Shown here: positions 51,915 through 62,476 of the stretch, piece by piece
Layout of the letters: each line of letters begins with the position of its first letter
Position numbering within the stretch: the first letter of the stretch is position 1
Assembly: GCA_963717525.1 (NCBI GenBank)
Contig: OY970343.1
Location: 2,048,001-2,112,000, forward strand
DNA from: an uncultured Methanoregulaceae archaeon
Lineage (GTDB): Archaea; Halobacteriota; Methanomicrobia; Methanomicrobiales; Methanospirillaceae
Direction: 5' to 3'
Length of the DNA: 64,000 bases
Notes under the pieces: generated by a model
Told to the model about the DNA's origin: nothing
Databases searched by the model: none
What the model saw: the letters and a program-made list of their open reading frames with translations, nothing else
Made by a program: the position numbers and the translations under genes

Positions 51915-52544
51915 ATGGCGCTGCGCGATATCAAGCCAACCCGTTCCGAACTGATCAACCTCAAAAGGAAGATCCAGCTTTCTGAACGTGGTTATAAGAT
52001 CCTCAAGATGAAGCGCGATGGACTGATCTTAGAATTTTTCAGGATCCTTTCCGAGGCAAAGGACAGCCGCGGGGAGCTCCTGAAAAAGTACAAGCTGGCC
52101 GTTGACATGATGGCAGTGGCAAACACGGTTGAAGGAGCAATCGGTGTCAAGGCCGCTGCCCTTTCGGTCAAAGAGGTGCCGCAGATCACACTCAGGAGCA
52201 AGAACATCATGGGTGTGGTCGTGCCGGAGATCGAATCCTCGAAAGTGAAAAAGACACTCACCGACCGGGGCTATGGGGTGCTCGGAACCTCCCCGGTGAT
52301 CGACGAAACGGCCTCGGCGTTCGAGGACCTTGTGGAAGCCATCATCGAAAGTGCCGAGATCGAAACCACAATGAAGCGTCTCCTTGACGAGATTGAAAAG
52401 ACCAAGCGCCGGGTCAATGCGCTCGAGTTCAAGGTCATCCCCGAACTCACCGCCGCCCGGGATTTCATCAAGATGCGCCTTGACGAGATGGAACGCGAGG
52501 AGCTTTTCCGGATGAAGAAGATCAAGGCCCGGGGCTCGGCATAA
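51915..52544 (+). CDS. atpD: A1A0 ATP synthase subunit D
   Basis: KPTRSEL, LKMKRD, TKRRVNALE. Confidence 0.95.
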   Translation: MALRDIKPTRSELINLKRKIQLSERGYKILKMKRDGLILEFFRILSEAKDSRGELLKKYKLAVDMMAVANTVEGAIGVKAAALSVKEVPQITLRSKNIMGVVVPEIESSKVKKTLTDRGYGVLGTSPVIDETASAFEDLVEAIIESAEIETTMKRLLDEIEKTKRRVNALEFKVIPELTAARDFIKMRLDEMEREELFRMKKIKARGSA

Positions 52545-52563
52545 CCCCGGGAGGTGTGGCAGC

Positions 52564-53777
52564 ATGCCGATCGGTACCCTCCGGGACCTGGAGTGCAGCA
52601 AAAAGACGGTGCTTCTCCGTCTCGACCTCAACTCACCTATCGATCCCACCTCCCACCTTATTCTCGATGACAAACGGTTCCGCGAACACCTTCCTACGGT
52701 GCGTGCCCTTTCTGATTCCCGGGTTGTGATCGTCACCCACCAGAGCCGGCCGGGAAAGAAGGATTTTACCACGCTTGAAGCCCATGCAGGAAAACTTGAG
52801 GAGCTCCTCGGCACACCGGTCACCTACATCGACAGTATCTTCGGGCACCACGCGAAGGAAGCCGTGCATGCGTCAAAGCCCGGAGATGTCCTGATGCTCG
52901 AGAACGTGCGGTTTGCTGCAGAAGAGAACCTCACCATGAACCCCGGGGAGGCAAAAAAGACCCATCTCGTTAAGAGGCTCTCCGCTATGGCGGATTTCTT
53001 TGTCAACGACGCATTCGGGACTGCCCACCGGTCCCAGCCGACCGTTGTCGGCCTGCCGCTCGCCATGAAATCCGCGGCCGGCCTCCTGATGGAAAAGGAG
53101 GTTGCCACCCTCTCGAAAGTTTTCTCGGGCGCCCCCCGCCCGGTCTGCATGGTGCTCGGCGGCACCAAGATCGATGATTCGATTGAGGTCGCGGGTCACG
53201 TGCTGGAAAACGGCATCGCCGACAACGTGATGGTGATCGGTGTCGTGGCAAACGCCTTCTCTATCGCCGCCGGGTACGATATCGGCAAACCCTCCACCCA
53301 GCTCATCGAGCAGCTGAAGTACCAGGGCGAGATAAAAAAGGCAAAGGAGATTCTCACAAAATTCGGCGACCGGGTGATCATGCCGTCATCGGTTGCGGTG
53401 CGGCAGAACGGCAGGCGTGCCGAGTACCCGGTCGAGCGGATCCCTGCCGATGCGCCGGTGATGGATCTCGGCATGGATGCCCTTCCTGCGCTTATATCGA
53501 TCCTCAGGAAATCCGGGACCGTGGTCTTCAACGGTCCCGCCGGTGTCTTCGAGGAACGGATTTTGCCACGGGCACGTACGAACTGCTCCGGGCTGCGTCA
53601 AAAGTCGAGTTTTCGGTTGTGGGCGGCGGGCATACCGCGGCCGTGATTGAGAAACTCGGGATAGCACGAGACTTCACCCATATTTCCACGGGCGGTGGGG
53701 CCTGTATCGAGTTTTTGACCGGAAAGAAACTTCCGGCAGTTGAAGCGCTCGAAGAGTCATACCAGCTCTTCGGGTGA
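52564..53777 (+). CDS. pgk: Phosphoglycerate kinase, 1-nt deletion near 53557
   Basis: RLDLNSP, HQSRP, LENVRF, NDAFGTAHR, NGPAGVFE. The shifted frame continues with VGGGHT and ISTGGGA to TGA at 53777. Confidence 0.92.
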
Positions 53778-53846
53778 ATGACCGCCCGCCCCTCCTCTCT
53801 TTTGGGATCAGTTCCTGCCCAGTTGGGGCGAATCTAAAAAAAAAGA

Positions 53847-54338
53847 TCAATATTGCCTGAGCAGAGTCTCGATTACTGTGGAGGGGATGCGCCGGACCGG
53901 CTTTGCCTTAGGTGCGACCGGCGATGGCACCTTCACGCCGGCAGTCTTTTCCAGCTGGACCCGTGCCGTCTCGATGGCAACTTCCCGCTCGATTGTAACT
54001 ATATCATCGCGTCTCCTTTTGAGGGAATAGAGTACGGCAAAAGAGAATGCAAGTGCAATGAACAGGAAAAGAACGGTGGCAAAGATCATGGTTACCCCGG
54101 TGATCATCAGCACCCGGTCCTGCTGCAGGACCGCCCAGGTTCCGGACAGGAAAAGAACCCAGAACAGGACAACCGCGATACGGGTGGATTCGATGGGGCT
54201 TGCAAGGCTGTGGATTCGTTCTTTTTCATAGTCGGTCGGATACCGGTCGATCATCGTTCCCAAGGCAAGGAGTGCTCCGCTGCAGGGGACGGAGAACACC
54301 CCGGCAATCCCGAGCATAAAAAGCAGCAGTTCGTTCAC
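53847..54338 (-). CDS. Hypothetical membrane protein
   Basis: Three hydrophobic segments. GAGGTG RBS before the GTG start. Confidence 0.65.
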   Translation of the reverse strand: MNELLLFMLGIAGVFSVPCSGALLALGTMIDRYPTDYEKERIHSLASPIESTRIAVVLFWVLFLSGTWAVLQQDRVLMITGVTMIFATVLFLFIALAFSFAVLYSLKRRRDDIVTIEREVAIETARVQLEKTAGVKVPSPVAPKAKPVRRIPSTVIETLLRQY

Positions 54339-54487
54339 GTCAAAGCACCTCGTTTTAATCTCCTATTACCGGCCGCGCTATAAATAGTATTCCATAAGTA
54401 TTACATAAAGAATAAAACGGTCCCGCGGGTATTACAAAAAGGGCCATGAACAGGCTATTTATAGTATTCTGGCCCATTTTATAGAGA

Positions 54488-54802
54488 ATGGTAGAGAAAG
54501 TACCGGCAAGCCGGGGAGAACGGGTGGCAATCTCCTACAAAATGCCGCCCAATATCTATGAAAAGGTCAATAAGCTCGTGTACGAGGAAAAGAAGTTCTC
54601 CACGATCTCGGATTGCATCACACAAGCTTTATTAGCTTTCGTCGATAATCACCACGATATGGGGCAGTTCAAAGAGCTCCTTAAGGATTACATGGCATCA
54701 GATGAGGGCCGGGAACTCATGAAAAATATGATGAAGGAAGCATTGCTGGACGTGCTCTCGACCCAGAAAATTGATCCCAAAGAACGTAAAAGTAATCCGT
54801 AA
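54488..54802 (+). CDS. Ribbon-helix-helix (CopG-like) protein
   Basis: RVAISYKMP...KVNKLV....FSTISDCITQAL. Confidence 0.7.
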   Translation: MVEKVPASRGERVAISYKMPPNIYEKVNKLVYEEKKFSTISDCITQALLAFVDNHHDMGQFKELLKDYMASDEGRELMKNMMKEALLDVLSTQKIDPKERKSNP

Positions 54803-54882
54803 GTACCACACATCCACCGCTGTAGGGATCGTTAAGAAGCCCGGCGTCCGGCTCGCCCCCCTGTTTTGTAAAGAGATCCCGT

Positions 54883-55362
54883 ATGCAGGTACGTATCATC
54901 GCGGTCGGAAAGATCAAGGAACGTTTTCTCTCTGAAGGTATCGCCGAGTACGAAAAGCGCCTTTTGCCGTACCTGAAACTGTCCATTATGGAAATTGCCG
55001 AAGAGCGGCGGGGTGTCCACGCATCCGGCGGCCAGGAGCAGCTTGTCAAGGATCGCGAAGGTGAGCGTGTCCTCGCCGCGATTCCTGACAGGGCATACGT
55101 GGTGGCACTCGATGTCCGGGGAAAGGAGGTGTCAAGCGAGGCGCTCGCCACACGGATGCACGACTGGCAGCTTGCGGGAACGAACTCGATTGCGGTGATC
55201 ATCGGTGGTGATCTTGGGCTTTCTGACGCGGTGCTTGCCCGGGCCGCTCTCTGGCTCTCGCTTTCACCGATGACGTTCACCCACCAGATGGCGCGGCTGA
55301 TCCTTCTCGAACAACTCTACCGGGCCTGCAGGATCAACAGCGGCGAGCCCTACCATAAATAA
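54883..55362 (+). CDS. rlmH: 23S rRNA pseudouridine1915 N3-methyltransferase RlmH
   Basis: IIAVGKIKE, ALDVRGK..SSE, IGG..GL, TFTHQMARLILLEQLYRA, EPYHK. Confidence 0.93.
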   Translation: MQVRIIAVGKIKERFLSEGIAEYEKRLLPYLKLSIMEIAEERRGVHASGGQEQLVKDREGERVLAAIPDRAYVVALDVRGKEVSSEALATRMHDWQLAGTNSIAVIIGGDLGLSDAVLARAALWLSLSPMTFTHQMARLILLEQLYRACRINSGEPYHK

Positions 55363-55508
55363 CCGCGCCGGTTGCTGCGCCTCATGTCCTTCCGGTATGC
55401 ATTGTCGCTTGCGTTCCGGGAAGTAAGGGTTTGTTTTTAGATCCGGGAAACAACCCGGCGGTTCCCAATCCGCACCTATATCTGCCAGCCAAAAAAGATA
55501 CATTTTCC

Positions 55509-55700
55509 ATGAGTACCAAGGAACACACCACGAAAGTGGTTGATGAGAAGAGTGGCCTGATGGAATGCATCGTCTGCGGGGAGAAGTACCACACCACGAT
55601 GAAGGCGGGCCCGGACGGGAAGTTCCTGCCTGAAAACTGGGAATGCGTCAACAAGTGCCGGCTGATCCATAAAGATGAGAGACCGGCCCCTAGGAAGTAA
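55509..55700 (+). CDS. Small Cys-containing (Zn-finger-like) protein
   Basis: 63 aa with ECIVCG and WECVNKC. Confidence 0.6.
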   Translation: MSTKEHTTKVVDEKSGLMECIVCGEKYHTTMKAGPDGKFLPENWECVNKCRLIHKDERPAPRK

Positions 55701-55759
55701 GGGCCTTATCATTTCGTATCTTTTTTCCGGCTCGCTCTCTTCTTTTGCACTTGTCGTTT

Positions 55760-56030
55760 GAATTCCACTGGAAATAATAACCCACAGGGCGGGGGGTGGT
55801 TCCCTGTTGAAAGAAAAGAGGGGAGGTGGGTGGGGGATCACCCCCCTCTCCACAAATGGGATGCCCGCTGTTTTTGCACGTGAAGTGCAGGGTACTTCGA
55901 GTGGAGTGTCCGACGGAAGATTTCCGGCCGCGACAATCCCGGATGAAAAAAGAAGAACCAGACCGGTCCGGAGGGGGGAGGGGGTACCCCCTGTTGGCCC
56001 GACACATGGGTGGGGGGTAGGGCCATTCCC
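55760..56030. other. G-rich, palindrome-rich intergenic element
   Basis: TTCCACTGGAA, ACAGGG...CCCTGT, GGGGGATCACCCCC, GGGGGTACCCCC and TGGCCC...GGGCCA between convergent genes. Confidence 0.45.
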
Positions 56031-56033
56031 TCC

Positions 56034-56618
56034 CTACGCTTTCCTCAGCACGGCCGCCCGGTTCACGAAGAAGAACCGTGACTCAACCAGCCGGAGCCCG
56101 GCTTTTTCTGCGAGCGCAAGGCTCTCCCGAAATTCGTTACCGGAGACAATGATCGGGGGTTCGGAATAGAAGAACAGGCCGCCGGGCACGAGCATCGCAG
56201 CGATCTCCCGGAAGAGTTTTTCCCGGTCCGGGACTTCGTGGACGACAAAGATGGCAAAGGCGACATCGATCTGCCCGTTCCGGTCCGGAGTAAGATCGAG
56301 CGAATCCGGTTGGCAATGGTGTGTGCTCACCCTGGGCAGGAGGCCTTCGGACCCGAGTTTCCCGCGGAGGATGGCAAGCATCTCCTCCTGCAGGTCGGCG
56401 GCGATCACAAGGCCGTTCTCACCCACGCGTCTGGCAAACTCGCGGGTGAAAAACCCCGGGCCGCAGCCGAAGTCGAGCACCCGGTCGCCGGGCTTCACGT
56501 ATCGTACCGCAAGCCGGTCAGGGTGATAGAGAAAGCGCCGGAACCGGGAGTCGAGGTGCCCGGCGTTTTTTGCGGAGAAGACCTCGTGGTGTTTGTGGGG
56601 TTTTTCGTTGGGGTCCAT
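56034..56618 (-). CDS. Class I SAM-dependent methyltransferase
   Basis: VLDFGCGPGFF, AADLQEEM, VVHEVPD, LVPGG. Confidence 0.88.
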   Translation of the reverse strand: MDPNEKPHKHHEVFSAKNAGHLDSRFRRFLYHPDRLAVRYVKPGDRVLDFGCGPGFFTREFARRVGENGLVIAADLQEEMLAILRGKLGSEGLLPRVSTHHCQPDSLDLTPDRNGQIDVAFAIFVVHEVPDREKLFREIAAMLVPGGLFFYSEPPIIVSGNEFRESLALAEKAGLRLVESRFFFVNRAAVLRKA

Positions 56619-56756
56619 TGGAGGAGTGGTTGGGGGTGGGGTGAGATATGGGTTGCGGGGGTGATCTCATCCCGCAGGCGATGCCGCACATACGCAGGCA
56701 GCCAACGTCTCCCTCGCGATCACAATGTTGATGCATGCAGTCGCCCATGATTGTCC

Positions 56757-57128
56757 ATGATTCCGGATGCGGATGACGATCCGTTTCCCCATGTCTTTTT
56801 GGTCGACCGGCTCTATCCGGAAGAGCAGGATTTTGTTGCCGATGATATATCCCCGCTCTCCCCGTACGAGATGGCAGATCTCGATGAACCGGCAACGAGG
56901 ATCGACTTAACTCCGCTGCTGCCCGGGGAAGATCCCAACCCCCCCGCAGAAAAAGTTGCAGGTCGTGCCGGTCCCCTGGACGAACCTGCTATGTCAAGGG
57001 ATATGAAAAAAGCTGACGATCAGGTGACACTTTCTTTTTTCAAAAAGGATAAGGAGAAGCTTCGCCGCCCGTGGGACGGGCCTGACCTTTCCCCAGTAGA
57101 AATTACGGACGCACAAAAGAAAGCATAG
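56757..57128 (+). CDS. Hypothetical acidic Pro-rich protein
   Basis: Open frame ending 3 nt before the next ATG. No recognisable motif. Confidence 0.5.
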   Translation: MIPDADDDPFPHVFLVDRLYPEEQDFVADDISPLSPYEMADLDEPATRIDLTPLLPGEDPNPPAEKVAGRAGPLDEPAMSRDMKKADDQVTLSFFKKDKEKLRRPWDGPDLSPVEITDAQKKA

Positions 57129-57131
57129 CGC

Positions 57132-57471
57132 ATGTCTCCTCCCATATACAACCCGGCACACAAGGCGATTCTTGATGATCTATTCCTTGCCATCCCCGGG
57201 GTGGAACCGGGAAAGATGTTCGGGTACCCGGCCTATTATGTGAAGGGAAAACTCTTCGCCTGTGTGTACGAAAACGGTGTTGGCATCAGGGTACCGGCCG
57301 CAATGGCAGCAGAGCTCGCAGGACAGCCCGGGATCACCTGGTTTGTACCCCTCGGACGCAGGAAGATGAAGGAATGGATCCGGATCGACCGGGACAAATC
57401 CGATGAGTACCCGGAACGACCGGGAGATCTTTTCGGCTGCGGCTACGTATGTCTCAACGCTCGCACAATAA
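57132..57471 (+). CDS. TfoX/Sxy N-terminal-like protein, +1 frameshift near 57411
   Basis: GKMFGYPAYYVKGKLFA, F.P.GR.KMKEW. Removing one C gives EYRNDREIFSAAATYVSTLAQ* (112 aa). Confidence 0.75.
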
Positions 57472-57515
57472 CCGGCGATAGCCTGCCGGAAAAAAGGGGT
57501 CGATCTGCCGGGCGA

Positions 57516-59060
57516 TCAGTTCTTCGATGCTGGTTCGGTACCCGGTTTATCTTTCCCGGCCGCCTCTTCCCCTTCCGCCTGGACACTCTTCATGGACGGG
57601 AAGAGGATCACTTCCTTGATCGAGTTGTTGCCGGTGAGGAGCATCACGAGCCGGTCGATCCCGATGCCCACCCCCCCGGTCGGCGGCATGCCGTAGCCGA
57701 GCGCGTTGATGTAATCGTAATCGATCATCTGGGCCTCAAGATCGCCAAGCTGGCGTTTCCTGTCCTGGGCTTCGAAGCGCTCCTTCTGATCGATCGGGTC
57801 GTTGAGCTCCGAGAAGCCGTTTGCGATCTCCATCCCATAGATGAAGAGCTCGAAGCGTTCGGTGAACCCCTCTTTTGTCCGGTGGCGCTTTGCAAGCGGG
57901 GAGTTCTCGACAGGGAAGTCGTAGATGAAGGTCGGCTGAACCAGTTTCTCCTCCACCATGTTCTCGAAGAAGTACACGAGGAACTCCCGTTGCGTCTGAG
58001 GTTTGTCGGTATCCTTGAGCCGGTTCTGCACGGCAAGCGCCCGGAGTTCATCGACCGAATGTGCGAAGATGTCGATCCCCGCATACTCCTTCACCGCATC
58101 CGCCATCGAGAGCCTGTGGAGCGGCTTGTTAAACGAGATCGTAATATCCTCGAATTTTATCTCGTGTGAGCCGTGAACCTCCTGCACGAGGGTTGCAAGG
58201 AAATCCTCCGTGAGGTCCATCATGTCGTAGACATCATGGTACGCCCAATAGATCTCCACCATCGTGAATTCCGGGTTGTGGTGGGTGTCGATATCCTCGT
58301 TCCGGAAGTTCCGTGCGATCTCAAAGACCCGTTCGAACCCGCCAACCACGAGGCGCTTGAGGTAGAGTTCGGGTGCGATACGGAGGAAGAGCTTCTGGCC
58401 CAGGCAGTTGTGGAACGTGGTGAACGGCCGGGCGTTTGCGCCGCCGTACACCGGCTGGAGGATCGGGGTCTCGAACTCAAGGAAGTCCCGCTCGGTGAGG
58501 TACCGCCGGATGGACGAGAGGATCCGGCTCCGGTTCCGGAACCCCTGCCGGGTGTCGTCGTTTACAATCAGGTCGACGTACCGCTGCCGGTAGCGTTTCT
58601 CCACATCGGTGAGGCCGTGGAACTTCTCCGGCAGGGAGCAGACCGCCTTGGAGAGCAGGGTGAGCGTGTCCACCCAGATCGTGATCTCGCCCAGTTTTGT
58701 CCGGAAGACATGCCCGGTCACGCCGACAAAGTCGCCCCGCTCGATGAACTGGTTAAAAAAATCGAATGCTTCGTCCCCGAGGTCGGCCTTCCTTATGTAG
58801 AGCTGGATCTTGCCATTCTCGTCCCCGAGGTCGGCAAAGATGGTCTTGCCATGGTTGCGGATGATATACAGCCGCCCGGCGGTGGAGACGCTCTCTTCGC
58901 TCTTCTCGTGGGTGATCCCTGCAAACTTCGTCCTGATATCCGCTATCGTGTTCTTCCGGTCGAAGGTGGGGGGGTAGAGGTCGATACCTTTCTCCCGCAG
59001 TGCACGTACTTTGTCGAGCCGGGTCTGGTCGAATGCAAGGGTTTCACAAGGATCGGTCAC
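57516..59060 (-). CDS. lysS: Lysyl-tRNA synthetase, class II
   Basis: OB-fold anticodon domain, RYRQRY, GGANARPF, LRIAPELYLK, FRNE, HNPEF, YGMPPTGG.GIGIDRL. Start uncertain (59060 or 59099). Confidence 0.95.
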   Translation of the reverse strand: MTDPCETLAFDQTRLDKVRALREKGIDLYPPTFDRKNTIADIRTKFAGITHEKSEESVSTAGRLYIIRNHGKTIFADLGDENGKIQLYIRKADLGDEAFDFFNQFIERGDFVGVTGHVFRTKLGEITIWVDTLTLLSKAVCSLPEKFHGLTDVEKRYRQRYVDLIVNDDTRQGFRNRSRILSSIRRYLTERDFLEFETPILQPVYGGANARPFTTFHNCLGQKLFLRIAPELYLKRLVVGGFERVFEIARNFRNEDIDTHHNPEFTMVEIYWAYHDVYDMMDLTEDFLATLVQEVHGSHEIKFEDITISFNKPLHRLSMADAVKEYAGIDIFAHSVDELRALAVQNRLKDTDKPQTQREFLVYFFENMVEEKLVQPTFIYDFPVENSPLAKRHRTKEGFTERFELFIYGMEIANGFSELNDPIDQKERFEAQDRKRQLGDLEAQMIDYDYINALGYGMPPTGGVGIGIDRLVMLLTGNNSIKEVILFPSMKSVQAEGEEAAGKDKPGTEPASKN

Positions 59061-59239
59061 GGGAATGCTCCGGGGCAGGTTGGTTAAACTGTACCTCATA
59101 CCTTCGATGTCAAGCGTAATAATACCTTCAGGGGCAGCCGTCTACGCCGGCAATAACCGCGAATGGAAGCAAAAAAATCCCTTCCCCGGCACAGAAAACT
59201 CCATGGTGCGGAAGGAGAAAGCGTCCGGGTCCCCGGCTC

Positions 59240-60586
59240 TTACGGGGGGTTATGTTTCCTGAACAATTCCGAGGCGTACTTCGCAAGGCCATAGATCCCG
59301 TCTGATGACGGGTGGACCTCGATGAAATCCTCGAAGTCGTGCACAGAGAAATGCCGCTCCATGAGAAACGCGAGGTACCCGGCGATGACCCCCCCAGCCG
59401 GCCCCGCGGCACACATGCCGGTGATATCTCCCGATGCCGGATCGGCGAAGATCTTTGCAAGCCCGGTGTCGCCGTACGGCACCGACCAGTAGGTCCCCGG
59501 CCCGGCTGGCCCGGGTAGGGCAAGCGATGCGCTCTCCCCGGCACCGCTTCCGCAGAAAGCAAGCTCGTGGGCGAGATAGATCGCCTGTGGGATCCGGGAG
59601 TAATCCATGTGCCGCACTTTTCCCAGAATGTTGTCCGCAGCCACGATCCCTTCGTGCCGGGCGACCGGCGTTAAAAATGGCGCTCCTGCCACGTCCCCGC
59701 AAGCATATATGCCGGGCACGCTCGTCTGCATCCGGTCATTGACAAGAATCTCCCCACCCGGCCCTTTATCGATCCCGCTTGCCATGCCGGAGTTGGGCAC
59801 AAGGCCGGTTGCGAGCAGCACGGTGTCGGCCGGGGACCCGGTTTCCGCCCCCGCCATCCGGTACCGGACTCCCGTGGTAAGGGTAGTCCCGCAGATGCCG
59901 GTCGCCTCAGCACCCTCGTGGATCTCAACGCCGGCGAGTTCTTTCATCGCAACGGCCCGGAGGTGTCGGTCAAGATTTTTCAAAAAGCCGCTCCGGGCAA
60001 GCACCGTCACCTCGCTCCCGAACTCCTGAAATATATATGCAAACTCCGCCGCCATCACGCCCCCTCCCACAATGGCAATCTTCTCCGGGAGCTCGCGGAG
60101 TCTCCAGAGGGAGTGAGGCGTGTGCACTCCCGGGAGAGTAACGCCGGGGATGTCCGGGATATTCGGCCGGGAGCCGGTGGCGATGATCGCGGCCTCCGCA
60201 TCGACCGACTCATCGCCAACATAGACCTGTCGTCCGTCCACCTGGCCTGCCTTGCCGTAGACCACGTCCACCCCGGCGTCTCTGGTCTCTTCGTCAAGAA
60301 TCCCGGCGATCTTCTGCTGGACGGCAAGGGTCTCGTCCATGACCTTTGAAAAACGGAGCGCCGGGACGGTATCAATCATCTCGAGCTCATGGAACCTGCG
60401 TGCGGTGCTGACAATGCGGGCGATATCGTTGAGGGCACAGACCGGCATGCAGCCAAAATGGAGGCACTGCCCGCCGATCCCCCGGGATTTTCCCTTGGGT
60501 TCGACAAGCGTGACTTTCTTTCCTGCCGTCGCAAGCCGTATCGAGGCTATCCGCCCGGCAGGACCTCCGCCAAGAACAACGATCAT
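59240..60586 (-). CDS. Pyridine nucleotide-disulfide oxidoreductase (dihydrolipoamide dehydrogenase-like)
   Basis: GGGPAG, redox motif GGQCLHFGCMP, ATGS.P, GGG..AAE, YACGD, HPS. Confidence 0.88.
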   Translation of the reverse strand: MIVVLGGGPAGRIASIRLATAGKKVTLVEPKGKSRGIGGQCLHFGCMPVCALNDIARIVSTARRFHELEMIDTVPALRFSKVMDETLAVQQKIAGILDEETRDAGVDVVYGKAGQVDGRQVYVGDESVDAEAAIIATGSRPNIPDIPGVTLPGVHTPHSLWRLRELPEKIAIVGGGVMAAEFAYIFQEFGSEVTVLARSGFLKNLDRHLRAVAMKELAGVEIHEGAEATGICGTTLTTGVRYRMAGAETGSPADTVLLATGLVPNSGMASGIDKGPGGEILVNDRMQTSVPGIYACGDVAGAPFLTPVARHEGIVAADNILGKVRHMDYSRIPQAIYLAHELAFCGSGAGESASLALPGPAGPGTYWSVPYGDTGLAKIFADPASGDITGMCAAGPAGGVIAGYLAFLMERHFSVHDFEDFIEVHPSSDGIYGLAKYASELFRKHNPP

Positions 60587-60598
60587 ACGGTTATAAAT

Positions 60599-61555
60599 TC
60601 AGAAGACTTCGACGCCCTCATCCATCGGCTCGGAGAGGAGCTCCCCGGTGAAGGCATTGACCTCGACAATCTTCTTGCCCCGGATCTGCCAGACCGGGAT
60701 GTAGACCTGCCTTGTCTCGACCTTGATGTTCTTGCGGTCAGGCTTGAGGGTCTTCTCTTCGTAGAAGATCGCATCTCCTTTCTCCTGCTTGATCCTGACC
60801 TTCTGGGTGAGCCGTTCGATAAGCTCGGTCACCATCCGCTCTGACGCCTCTTCCTTGGTGATGTGCGCATCGGAGATCTCGGCGTTTGACGGGATCTCGG
60901 AATCCTCGACCTTGGTCCCGTCAAGGTCGAGCTTGATGCCGTTGATGGCATTGATCGCGCCCCAGCCGTCGGCATCGAAGGGGATGCGCCGGTCCTTGTA
61001 CACCTGCTCCCCGGAGCTCGTGTAGTGGATCAGGTAGTAGGGCATAAACCGGAGTTTTGCCGCACCTTGGATCCCCGCGGTGCGGATCGCGGCCTGCTCG
61101 GAAAGCTTGACCGGGAAGTGGAGGATCGAAACACCGGAGTGCTCGTCCTCGGCTGGTGCTTCCGCTTGCGCAGCGGCCGCCTTCTTTGCCTTGCCCGGCG
61201 TGAGGTCGAGGGTGAGTTCGCGCTCAACGATATCAGCGAGCACAGCCTCACCTGCGTACTGGACGAACTCATCGATGCCCCACTGGGTGCAGTTTTCCGT
61301 CGCAATATTCTTTTCAAGCGTGAAGAGCAGCTTTTTGCAGGTCATCTCGTGGTCGTCCACCATGAGGCTGTAGTTGGTCTTGTCAAACTGCCCGATCAGT
61401 TCGGGATCGTTTGAACAGAGCACAAGGACGCAGTCACCGTCCCGGACTGCAGAAAGATCCAGGGGTTCGTCCACCTCTTCGACCTCAAACCGCGCAGCTT
61501 CAAGAATGAGCCTCATCGCATTCTTGGCTTTTTCCCGCATGTCGTGTTCCATCAT
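60599..61555 (-). CDS. Hypothetical protein
   Basis: 318-aa ORF with host-like codon usage. C-terminal YIPVW...VNAFTG. Confidence 0.7.
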   Translation of the reverse strand: MMEHDMREKAKNAMRLILEAARFEVEEVDEPLDLSAVRDGDCVLVLCSNDPELIGQFDKTNYSLMVDDHEMTCKKLLFTLEKNIATENCTQWGIDEFVQYAGEAVLADIVERELTLDLTPGKAKKAAAAQAEAPAEDEHSGVSILHFPVKLSEQAAIRTAGIQGAAKLRFMPYYLIHYTSSGEQVYKDRRIPFDADGWGAINAINGIKLDLDGTKVEDSEIPSNAEISDAHITKEEASERMVTELIERLTQKVRIKQEKGDAIFYEEKTLKPDRKNIKVETRQVYIPVWQIRGKKIVEVNAFTGELLSEPMDEGVEVF

Positions 61556-61615
61556 ATAGAGATTGCCATGGGCTTATAGAACAATTTTTCTATTGCAATC
61601 GCCGAGATCACTACC

Positions 61616-62362
61616 ATGACCCGGCCACTCAAGTTTGTCGATCAGAACATTGACGACTACGCGATGAAAGTGACCTATGATCCCGTCAAAGGGACAGGAA
61701 AACTCGTCTACAACATCTCGCTTGTGAAAAACGAGGATTTCGAGTACGCTGTCTCGGTTCTCAAGGACGCCAGCAAGACCGGGGTTTCCGTCAGCGGCCT
61801 CGTCAAATTCGGCTCTTCGGGAGAGAACATTGCCGGGTACGTGGTGCCTGAAGGATGCACGGCCATCTGCACGGTCTGCAGCATCACCTTCGACGGCCTG
61901 TTGATCCGGCGCGGTATCCCGATCAACCCGATTGGCGGCGGGGTGGTTGAGGTAGAGGATCGTGCCCCGGTCCGGTTCACGCATATCATCCTCTACGAGC
62001 ACACCACCATCGATCCGCTGCAGGTGCTCATCTCCCAGCAGATCACCTCGGTGAACGATGTGATGCGAAAGGGAAGCGGTAATATCCTCGCCAATATCCG
62101 GGAGTTCCACATGGAAGCAGAACCGCTGGTTGGTCGTGTCCTTGACGAGCTTGCGGACAGCAGCTTCACCGGGATCCTCGAGGTAGGGGTGCCTAACATC
62201 CCGCTGCTTGGCGTTCCCGGCAGCCCGCAGTATATCTCCATCGTCGCGGTGGGTGGCACAAACCCGATGGCGGCGATCCGTGAAGGCGGGCGCTGGGTCC
62301 AGACCCAGGCTATGAAAGGGCTCATGGATGTCCGGGAGTTCGTGGAGATCCGGGATTACTAA
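61616..62362 (+). CDS. NrpR regulatory-domain (DUF128) protein without HTH (NrpRII-like)
   Basis: TVCSITFDG.L...GIP, GGG, TIDP, G.ILANIREF, GGTNP.A. Confidence 0.8.
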   Translation: MTRPLKFVDQNIDDYAMKVTYDPVKGTGKLVYNISLVKNEDFEYAVSVLKDASKTGVSVSGLVKFGSSGENIAGYVVPEGCTAICTVCSITFDGLLIRRGIPINPIGGGVVEVEDRAPVRFTHIILYEHTTIDPLQVLISQQITSVNDVMRKGSGNILANIREFHMEAEPLVGRVLDELADSSFTGILEVGVPNIPLLGVPGSPQYISIVAVGGTNPMAAIREGGRWVQTQAMKGLMDVREFVEIRDY

Positions 62363-62476
62363 AGACCGGCATCATCTACTCCCCCCACAGGCTCGGCTTG
62401 TACCCGTCCGCCACCTCGCATCGATTTATATGATCCCGCAGAAATGTGTACCAGTAACACCTGCACGTGATTCCCG

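Noticed and set aside
55340..55362. rlmH 3' end as an SCCmec-like att site
   Set aside because: The resemblance reflects the conserved EPYHK coding sequence. No second copy or recombinase was seen downstream.
57516..59060. Class II LysRS, BofA-like and rlmH genes as recent bacterial transfers
   Set aside because: Composition is host-like with no mobility signals, and such genes are, to my knowledge, already known in Methanomicrobia.
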